DNA of 64,000 nucleotides, taken from positions 48,918,001 to 48,982,000 of the forward strand of contig CM060731.1 of the NCBI GenBank assembly GCA_030704615.1, read 5' to 3'. Source of the stretch: Takakia lepidozioides. Its lineage: Eukaryota; Plantae; Bryophyta. The notes beneath the pieces were generated by a model. That model saw only the letters and a list, made by a program, of their open reading frames with translations. It made no database searches and was not told the origin of the DNA. Shown here one piece after another: positions 25,881 to 35,944 of the stretch (positions are counted from its first letter, which is position 1; each line of letters begins with the position of its first letter). The translations under genes and the position numbers were made by a program.

Positions 25881-27860
25881 AGTATATATGTGTAGTATAT
25901 ATCTCTCCTTTAGGCTACGCGACTCATGTCGTGACTTAGGCCTTACCACAAGCAAAGGATGGACGGGCAGCAGGAATAGACGGGCCAGCATGTATATTCA
26001 GCTTATACTCTCGTATGTATATGTGTATATGATACATATACATATATATATATACATGATAATATATTATATATATTATATACAAAACTGCGTTAAAAAT
26101 TATAGATTACAATTCAATTGAATTGCAGTCAGCAATTCAATTGAATTGCAAATTAGGGTTAGTTCAATTGAATTGGCATCGCAATTCAATTGAATTGGCA
26201 TCTGATCAAGTGAATTGCGCTGCATTTCACATCAAGGCCTTTTTGGAATTCCCTACCCGCCCCCCCTTGGTTGTACATATTAGGTTGGATCTAAAATTGG
26301 GCCTTACAGCGCATGCAGTCAGCACTCGTGAAAAGAAGTCTGTGCGTCTGTACATGTAAGTTAGGCCTATATGTGACCTTGTTAGGTGTGTTACGAAAAT
26401 CGTGATTCGGTTTCTCCTCTCAGATTTAGGTGCAGTTCAACAGGTCAATTTGGCAGTTATTACGCTTGTGGTTGAGAACAGTGCAGAGGTCGTGTTTTGT
26501 GTTGCTTTTTTAATATTTGTCTTCTGTGCAAGTTCAAGAACGCAGAATGTCTGAAGTGAGATTTGGACCCCTTGCTCTGGATCGCTCGGGGAAATCCCAC
26601 CTGACCTGTTTGAAATGATACTTGAGTATCATTTTAAACTTACCCACCTTCCACTTCCGAAATTGTCTCAGCTGCTCGATTCGCCAGTTCTCATTACCAA
26701 GTGAGAGGCGTACCTAGCCATCTGGAATCATACAAAACTACAGGACACACATACAAATCTCGTGTAACAAAACTCAAGTAGAATTATTATTACAACTTTG
26801 ATGGCAGAATTGGTAGACCATGTGGAGTTGATCAAATTGAGCCTTGGTAGAAAAACTAAGTGCTAGCTTTCAAATTCAGGGAAACCATGGTTGAAGGTAA
26901 AAGTAGGCAATCCTATCCCAAATCATACTCTCACAAACAGGGTAGGTGCATACGATTAGCCCTAAATCTTTGTTGGCAGGTAGCCACTAGCCACAGTCAT
27001 TAAGACTTGCTATCGAAAATTCGCGGGTACCATAGGAATGAATCGGTTTCGAAGCAACAAACATGCTTATTAGATCATTTGGCATGGGATGATCATTAAT
27101 AATACAAATACTGCGACACTGTGAGTTGTAATGTCGCAGTAATGTTTGTGTATATAGTAAGGCAAAGTCCAAGAGCAATGAAATATGATGAAAGCATCAC
27201 CATCCCAACTGAGATTTTGTTGGTGACAAAGTCCAGTGGGAGTACTCAGAGGCAAGAGTCACAGGGTCAAGTTTATTGGCTCCTTCCTCAAGGCATCAAT
27301 GTTGGAAAAATGGATGATCCTGATATACCTTCACTGGAAAATACCCAAACATGACAGATATACCCCTCCACTAGTTAACATAGCTATTGCTATTAATGAA
27401 CATCAAATATATTCAAAAATATATATATATTTTTGGATTTTGTTAAATATATTTTTAATCAGTAACAGCCATCGGTAAATGGCTGGAGACCGGTGATAGT
27501 CGGTCGCTTTTCTTCCCTCACAACAAGCATTCGTGTCTTTTACGACTGAGGAAACAACTCATTTTAAGTCGAAAATGACATAAAACAGGAATCGACTCAA
27601 GTAGTAAAGGATTTGTTACAACATGGAAGTTGTATCGAACATCCAATGATTGGAGTGGTAAAGGCCGCAGACACTTGAACGACTGCGAAACTTTAATTCC
27701 CACTATTGCTGGAGACCACGTGTCGTAAGCGGGCCACCCGCCCGTGTGTCTAACTTTTTGGGCTGACTTTGACTTTTCCCTCCGCATGAGGGGAATGATA
27801 CCTGTGTTTCGCCGGGTATCAAACCGGGCATCAACCCGAGTCTCTCCTAACCTAACCTAC

Positions 27861-27887
27861 TATATATATATATATATATATATATAT
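27861..27887. repeat. (TA)n microsatellite
   Basis: Seen directly. Confidence 0.95.
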
Positions 27888-28182
27888 TTGAGCCCATCAT
27901 GTTGACCGGAGCGGCCATCGCCGTCGATCTCAGGTTAGGGTCGAGGCCTGGGAATACCCAGACCTGCGCCGGCCGCCATACCCCTGCCGGTAATCAGTGG
28001 GTTTGGGGAAGCATGCCACCAATCCCTTTATGGGGTATCATTCGTTCGCCCTAACCTGACTGCAGTTGTCATGTCAGCAACTTGGGCAGGTTAGGGGTGC
28101 CAAAATGGCCTCAAAAGCTGAGTTGGCCCCCTTCCATTTGGTCGAGACCCCTACCCCTTCAGGCATTGACCGCGGTGACACA

Positions 28183-28233
28183 TGGACGCGGACGTGGACG
28201 CCTACATGGACGACGACGTGGACGCCGACGTGG
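28183..28233. repeat. 4 x 12-bp minisatellite (TGGACGNNNACR) in a CpG-rich patch
   Basis: tggacgcggacg tggacgcctaca tggacgacgacg tggacgccgacg tgg. Confidence 0.8.
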
Positions 28234-28539
28234 CAGCGCCGCGACGAGCAGCATTGCTGCCACGTGGCCACGGGCCCGGGGCGCCACCTGGTAGTCGATC
28301 ACGTAACTTGCAGTGCTACATGCCCAGTGGCAACTGCGACTACGGAAGTCGGAGCAACCACTGCTTTACTACTTTAAATGAAGTGCTCGAATTACTTGAA
28401 CAATCATTCATAGTGGTTCATGCTTTGTAGTTTTGGTGTTTGTAGTGAGCCGACTAGTACATACGCATGTTATGCCATACAAGAGAACTCATCATGCATT
28501 AGAAATGCGAAAACGATGAAAGACATGCCATGAAACAAA

Positions 28540-28830
28540 ATGAAATGAAATGAAACAAAACGGTACTTTATTACATCTGCGGAAAGCTCAAAGAGCTTAT
28601 GGGACAAAATGAACCAAAGTAAAAAAAACAGCCCAAAAGCTACTACTGCTCTGGGGATTGCCTAAGAATCAAGGCCTCATGCAAGTGCAGTTGTGATCCT
28701 CATAATGCAAGACTTCCTGACAGATTGAGTTCCACGGAATAGACCATCTACCCATGGAGGTTTATTGTAGCCATTGATCCACAGGGAATCATAGGTAATT
28801 TTGTGCTTGAAATCTGGCCATTTAGGATGA
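28540..28830 (-). mobile_element. LINE 3' end remnant with (TTTCA)n tail
   Basis: (TGAAA)n at 28540-28556 is followed by the shared motif ggaaagctcaaagagcttatgggacaaaatg. Confidence 0.55.
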
Positions 28831-29939
28831 ATCTGGACCCACTCTCTATCCCCGCTCATTCAGCTTTCCATGCTTTTGCACAAATCATGCATTCATCCTT
28901 GCCTTGCTGCTAGGTGCTGACAATGACAGCCTAGATTTGTTGTAGGAAACACCCAACTCAGCTTATCACACTAGTTCCAATGTTGAATTGTGTCTGCTAC
29001 TCTCTGAAATGTAACAGGCATTCACCTTTTTGCCTCGGTTGTCCCATCATTGATTGGGGCAGAAAAGTATCCATTCCACAGCTTCTCCTCATCTCTGTTA
29101 CTTGTTTTTTGATACTTTCCTGTTGTCACATTGGCAGTATCATGTCAAAGTCACTCCAAACTAGATTCACTCAACTAGCTAACTTGCAAAATTCAACATG
29201 GAAATTTAGGGCCGTTTCTGATAAGAGGGAAAAACAAGGTGAAATGTATTGAAGAAGATGTCTTCATTAGCAGTGTCTGATTTTATTAATTGTGCCGCTG
29301 CTGCTAGTTAATCATCTACCCGTGCAGGTTTCATGTAGCTACAGAGTCAATCTGGAGCTTGAAGCCCGGCCCTCTTGGGTGAATTTGCACCCACACTCTA
29401 TCCCTGCTCCTTCAACTATCCATGTCTCTACACAAATCATGCATACATCATTGCCTTGCTGCTAGCAGCTGATGATGACAGCCTAGATTTGTTCTAGCAA
29501 ACACCCCAACCCTACTTGGAAAAACAGGTCGAAATGTATTGAGAAATGTGCCTTCATTAGCAGCACCTCATGCTATCAATTGTGCTACTGCGGCTACTGT
29601 TCCACTTGCAACAAATGACCATCTACTCCAGCTGATTTCTTGTAGCTATTGATCCTTCAGCCTGAACCTGAACATGAATCTGGACCTCTATCCCTGGTCC
29701 CTCAGCTATCCCCGGTCCTTCAGCTATCCCTACCCGTGTACAGATCATGAGTACATCCCTCAGCCTTGTTGCTAGCAGCTGACAGTTACGGCGTGAAGTT
29801 CTTCCAGAAAACACCTACTTAACAGTATTTCCAATTCTGAATTGCAACTGATTCTCTCTGTAGTCGAATAAGCACTCATCTTTTTGTCTCCATTGTCCCC
29901 CCACTGACTGGGTCGGGAAAGTATTCATTCCAAAGCTTC

Positions 29940-30610
29940 TCTTTAGGGCAGTGGTTAGATTGACATTTGGTACAATTCCAGCTTTGATGATATCCCCATG
30001 CACCTCTTTGCCCTTCTCCAGGGCTGCCAGGCTTGCACAAGCATTGCAAATGCACACAAACATGATGTGCTTCCCCCATCATTTGCTCATAGGTCTCCAA
30101 AGCCTCCATCCCACGTCCCTGCCATGCATACCCTGCAAGCATCGCACTCCACGACACCACATCTCGTTCAACCATAGTGTCGAACACTCCCTTTGCATCC
30201 TAGATGCACCCACATTTTGCAAACCTGTCCACCAGGGTATTGTTCAGAATGCCAGCTTTGAAGATGTCGCCATGCACCTCTTCCCCCTTTTGCACTGCTG
30301 CCAGGGCAGTGTTCAGATTGACATTTGGTACAACTACTAGCTTTGATGATATCCACATGCACCTCTTTGCCTTTCTCCAGGGCTGCCAGGCTCGCACAAG
30401 CATTGCAAATGCACACAAACATGATGTGCTTCCCCCACCCATTTGCTCATAGGTCTCCAAAGCCTCCATCCCACGTCCCTGCCGTGCATACCCTACAAGC
30501 ATCGCACTCCACGACACCACATCTCGCTCAGCCATAGTGTCGAACACTCCCTTTGTATCCTAGATGCACCCAAATTTTGCAAACATGTCCACCAGGGTAT
30601 TGTTCAGAAT
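29940..30610 (-). pseudogene. PLS-class PPR pseudogene fragment, internally duplicated (~360-bp period), truncated by the large element
   Basis: MFDTMVERDVVSWSAMLAGYA..GRGMEALETYEQM and FVCICNACASLAALEKGKEVH motifs lie in different frames. 29980-30250 is repeated at 30340-30610. Confidence 0.85.
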
Positions 30611-30720
30611 GCAGCGTAGCTACGGCGTGAGCCCAGCCCCGTGAGCCTGGGAGCTGAGCTCACGTTCAAGCTTTGAAGCGTGAGCTGAGCTCACGCTTCA
30701 GGGAAGCGTGAGCGGCACGA
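30611..30720 (+). promoter_or_regulatory. Left terminus with clustered CGTGAGC motifs (putative transposase-binding sites)
   Basis: Four CGTGAGC and two GCTCACG in 110 bp. Palindromes CGTAGCTACG and TGAAGCGTGAGCT-G-AGCTCACGCTTCA. Confidence 0.6.
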
Positions 30721-31031
30721 ATCTGCTGGAGAAGCAGGTCCTATAGGCGAGGATTGCAGGAAGAGGGCCTATTACCGTGGACAAAACAAAGGAGGCCACC
30801 ATGCACCATGTCTGCAATGCGTGCCAAAAAAGAGGAATATGTAAATATGGCAGATTTGAGCTCAGAATGATTGACACAGTTTATTTCAATTCACAGAGAG
30901 ACGCTTACAATGAATCGCAAGTGCATTTGCCCTGGTTCCGTGAACGAAATGTATATGTTTGTCATAAAATGAAAAGTCTTCACACGGCAACCTGGAAACC
31001 AGCATGGGAAGCGGGCATGGCTCGTATGTGT

Positions 31032-34000
31032 TCAAAGAGAAGTTGGCGGAGCTCTACGCGAGGTGTCCTGCTGCAGAAGGGTGATGACTTCTCCGTAGCC
31101 TAGTGTGGCTTGGTGAATGAATTGGTCTCTCTTACCGTCGCAACACATAATTACAAGGTATATGTAATATTGATGCTTGCAGGGGACCCACTTCCCTCTC
31201 ATGCCGAGAGCGCCCTCACGCATCGTTACAAAATCCGGACAAGTGCACGAAGGGAAATTCCCGATGGTAACCTGATATTCTTTGGCATGAAGAACTGAGC
31301 CAATTGACAGCACTGTGTAAATCCGTCCATACCCCGGGGAAGGGACTTCGGTGATACGAGTCACCCTAGCCTGCAAAATTCTAGCCGATTCCATCTTGCA
31401 TTCGTGATCTGCACCCGAAGCAACACGGCGCACTGTTTTTCCATCTCTTTGTGTTGGGTGGGAGTCGGCACCGGGTGGAGGCATTGTCGGAGCATGTGGC
31501 ACATCTGTGCCGACAGTGCATAAGGGCACCACCCGGGACCGTGCAAGACAAAACCCTCTCTCCTCCAGCATGCTTATCTCGGTTGAGGACAGCGATGTCC
31601 CAATTTTCACAGGCCAAATTGCGGGGGGAGGGGGCTTCATTATCACGGAAGGACGAACTGTTCCCTTCACGCATCGTGCCATATCGTCTGGGCAGAACCA
31701 AAACTTGTGCTCTTTTGACTCCCCACTATGATAAGGTCGGAACAACCCTGTGAATGTTGGAGCTGGAGTCCCCCTTGAGCCTTTGCATATTTTTGATTTG
31801 CATTTCTTGAATGAGGGGGTCCGAATTGCCATGCAAGCCACTCTAGATCCTGGTGGGGTGCGTTCTATATGCCAGTCACTATCAATGCAATCAGATTCCT
31901 GCACCATGGCCACCACCTCCTCCAATGGGATTTCCGCTGCTATGCTTGCATGTTCTGCACCTGCTCCACAGGAGGAGGACCCACCTGGGAAGGGGCCGGC
32001 ACAGGACTTAGTTTGCACTGGAGACACCTTTGGCACAGAGAAATTGACCCTGTCTGGCCTATGGGAATCTCCATCTGACCCTGGAAGAGTGTTTAATTTC
32101 CTTTTGCATGATCCAAATCTTTCCTCGCCTTCCAAATGGGGGAGCCTGGATTGCAAAGGGGAGCCTTCAGTGCACCTGTTTAGAGCTCTGGCCATCTTTG
32201 ACGGGTCTCCGGACCTACTCGCAGCCCTTAGCATCAACAAAGTCGTATCGGGGCCCTTCCCTCCACCCCGTCCCATCAGAAAATTGCGGTACTTGGTTTG
32301 TTGTGTAAGTGCCCGCACCATGTCATCAGCAGTGGCCACATACAAGTCACGACCTGCTTTGGTAGACTGCTGCATCCAGGCGTTGTGAACAGTCTCTGCC
32401 AAATTACACGATGGCATGTCGGCCAAGTCCTCCAAGGACATGTCCTGCAGGAGGCATTGCATGGAAATGTGAGGAAAGAAAAGAAATGGTAGAGGTTCTT
32501 CAAGTGACAATCGAACAACCCCAAATGAACAGGCACGATGCAAAGTGCAATTTGTGTTTAAGGAAAACTTGTGAGGCTTACCGTCGTCATGAAAGCTCCC
32601 CACTGTCTGTACCTGAAGTGCCAGAAAACCAACCAGTCCTCCAACTCCTTCAGGTGGATACCTGTAGCAGCACCAGAGGAGAACCACCAAGCCCGGATTG
32701 CCTGGTAAGTGCTCTCAGCTTCTCCCATTGAGGTGGCATTCTTGTACTTCATACAGAGCCTTCTATGCTCCAACTGAAGGTCAGGGCGAATGCAGCTCTT
32801 TGTATGACGTGCCAGAGATTGACTCCAATGGAAGAGGCATGTGCGCTCCCTATTTTCCATTGGGACCTTAGGATCCCCCGAACCAAACACGCGCCGCACT
32901 GCATTGAAATTTGCCTGTGCACTATCAGCCATGAAGCCCGCAAAATTTGTGTTCTGTATTCCATTGCGCTGCATGACGGCCAGGAGGGAATTCCACATGA
33001 GCATCTGGGATTCAGTGTCCTCCGACTGCATATCACAAATTGCTATGGAGAGCACACGCTGGTACGCTGGATCATACACATGGCACGCCATGGTTGTCCA
33101 ACCCTTCACCCGTTTGCAGTGATCAAACATTAACCAACATTTAGCCAAATCTCCTCCAGGTTGCATTCGGCGGACAATGCTCACACCACTGCCTTGGCCC
33201 ACAGCGGACATCTTGAACAAATACACTTTGGACGAGCCCTGGCCAGGGAACATACTGTTTTGAATGAATTCATAGCGACTCCTTCGTTTGAGGTCCATAA
33301 TGTTGTCCATGAATCCAGTAGTGCCTGTGCCCATTCTGAGTGCATTCACCTGGTTTCGAATATTGGGAGAGCTCAACACGGAGAAATGGTCCATGACTGC
33401 CTCAAGGGAATCTGCATCCAGCATTGGCTGTGTCGCATCCCCTTCACCCAGTATGTGTTTTTCCAGGAATGCCTTGCTAGCTGCAAGCGCTATAGCAGAA
33501 GGTGTTGCACAAGGGGCATTGTGGAACTCTTGCTTCAGTAGATTTCTAGCGATGTCCACGCTATCCCTGCAACTCCCTTTGGACACAGGATGCTCGTGTG
33601 CACCCATATGAATGCAGGCACGAGTCATTGTCTTGCATCGATGTGCCACCTGATACATACGAGCGTGGCAAACAGAAACACAGGACGGGGAAAGTTTGCA
33701 GAACCTGCACACAAAAGTATTGGTCTTGGGAGGTGCAAGCCCTGGGGTGAAAGGATTCAGGGGCACACCTTCCCACTCACTTTCGTTTGGCTGAGCGCTG
33801 TTTCTCAGCCGAGGGCAAGAAATATTCAGGCACTTGCAATGCCCAACGCAAACCGACCTCCGAAATTTCAAGCCAATGTCGTTATGGATGTTCGACGTTT
33901 TTGTCCTGCACCAAGGATGTCCGTCATGTTTCTTGTCCATGCCCTGCAGAAGCCCAGCCAGTCCACTGGAAGACGTGGGAGGGTTGAGCTCAAACAAGAT

Positions 34001-34611
34001 GTCCCCATCAAACTGAGCTGGCACGTATTGAACCCGTTGCACTGGAAGGGACTCCCAATCAACAAAACGTAGCTCGCTCTTGCACCCAGGCACACCTGCG
34101 AGGGCTTTCAATTTTGGAATGACACTCGTTATCTCTTGCAATTCGTCATCATCCAATAAGGGAGTTTGCACTGGCGGAGGAATCTCAGAAACATCCTCCG
34201 AGGACGAGTCCGAAAGAGTCACGAAGGTAGTGGATGTGCTCACCTCTTGTTTCACAGGAACTGTGCCCTTTTGTTGCACGACCGATGCTGCAGTGCCAGG
34301 GGTAACGACTGATCCTGCTGATTGTCTTCTCTCTTTTCCAGGACACGGTATGTTCCTGGAAGGACTCTCCACTTCCTTCCACACTCGCCAACCAAGGGTT
34401 TCTCCAAGTGCCCAGAATCCAAATTCCCATCCTCGTCATACACCTCTTTCTGAACAAGCAGAGAACCCAACTCCAGCGGGAACACTGTAACCAGCTCATC
34501 CTCATGAACAACTGCATACCCATCGTCGTCTGCAGTGGCAGTCAGTGGAAGAGTACCTGCATTGGAATGGAATCGAGCGAGTGCATCTCGCTCCCTCGAC
34601 ATGTTTTCCAT
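31032..34611 (-). pseudogene. Mutator-like DDE/SWIM transposase, left copy, 1-nt frameshift near 34340
   Basis: Exons 32582-34611 and 31032-32444 (137-bp GT-AG intron), mirroring the right copy. It reads gtcctggaaaa where the right copy has gtccttggaaaa, splitting the N-terminus (257-aa and 608-aa ORFs). This may be a sequencing indel. Confidence 0.75.
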
Positions 34612-35548
34612 CACTGAACGAAACTGGCGATTCAGAACGGAATCCCCGAACTGAGAGCCCGTAATTATCGAAAGTGGAAATACCACCAGCAAACTGAGGT
34701 CAACAAGGGTAGCACCAAACCAAAGGCTGCCGGCGATGCATGCCAAGGATGTAGGGATGACGTGCACCTTCACCTCCCACCAACCAGAAAAACCGTTTTG
34801 AAAGACCAGAGCCACAAGAAGCCGTGCTGTTTTTGGATGGAAAACAAACCCTGAAAATGACATGAAACCATCCATTATGAAATGACGGCAACAACCCTGG
34901 AGAGCAGTAAACAGGAAGATCCGATTGTAATGAGATTGTGTTGCGCCAGAATAGCACAGAACAAACACTGACACTCCAAGAGATACCTCGCACGAATGTG
35001 TGCAACACATGGTCATATCCGACACAATCCTTTATACCGAATGACCCCATGGGGACGGTCACGGCAAAAAAAAAACCACAGGGCATGCAGTACAACACAC
35101 GTGGATGCATATGTGAAGCATAACAATTATTGCGAATCTGGAAGAACTGCTCGGAATTGAAAAAGCACTACATTTCTACGGCACATTCGAATTTGAAAGA
35201 AGGCAAGGAGGCCGCCATGTATTGGCAGGCGGCGAAGTACATCTGACATATATCCAAATGCATGCAACGGATGTTCTTTTTCTTCGGCGCTTTATTAGCT
35301 GGGTAATACAAAGACGCCAAAATGGATGAATTCCGTTCGCACACAATATCAACACCCGCATCCAAATACGGTTGACAACGTCCATTTTTATTTTTGTTAC
35401 ATGCGATACCAGCACTTGTTGCAAACGTCAAACTGGAGAGCTCCAGGGGCATCGTGGGGAGCCCTTGTTTCCAGCGGAGGAGAAAGAGAAGGAAGTCATT
35501 ATACTTCACGAGTTCTAGAAATAGAACAGGAATAGAGCTAGATATAGA

Positions 35549-35910
35549 ATGAGGATGGAAAGAGTGGAGGAAGAGGAAAAGGAGGAAGAAGAGGGAATAC
35601 ATGAAAGTGTGGCGATGGAGGAGCAGGAATCTGGAGAAGAACAACAACCCACCATAGTTCCAGGAACAGGCGAGGAGGACACTGCGTCTGAGGGAGAGAC
35701 AGACGACATGGAGGAAGATGTTGACACTGGCCTCACGAAGAATCTGACCACGGGAAAGAGGAAGGGGGAGAGGCTCACCTACATAGTCGGCGAAGAGAGC
35801 AGCCCGAAGCGGAAAGGGTCCCCGGCAATTGGGGAGTCTTCTCGAGTAGCTACGAAAAAGGTAAAATCTACAGGACCCACATTTGTGAAGAATTCGGCTT
35901 TCAATGGCAG
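35549..35910 (+). CDS. Acidic, NLS-bearing putative first exon of a second element gene (left copy)
   Basis: MRMERVEEEEKEEEEG...EGETDDMEED...GKRKG...SPKRKGSP...TKKVK. It ends at a canonical donor CAG|GTATTT (35910/35911), 35 bp before the array starts. Confidence 0.5.
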
Positions 35911-35944
35911 GTATTTGAGAAAGAAAGAAAGAACCATTCAGTGG

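Larger units (their letters stand above)
19907..26255. mobile_element. hAT-like non-autonomous element with ~300-bp terminal inverted repeats and captured cargo
   Basis: 19907-~20215 is the reverse complement of ~25893-26255. Termini are TAGGG...CCCTA, flanked by the direct repeat CCCGCCC (19900-19906 and 26256-26262). The TIRs contain copies of the palindrome CAATTCAATTGAATTG. No transposase ORF seen inside. Confidence 0.8.

Noticed and set aside
31750-34490. Antisense ORFs (212, 160, 136 aa and their mirrors) over the transposase
   Set aside because: Shadow frames of a GC-balanced coding sequence with no recognisable motifs.
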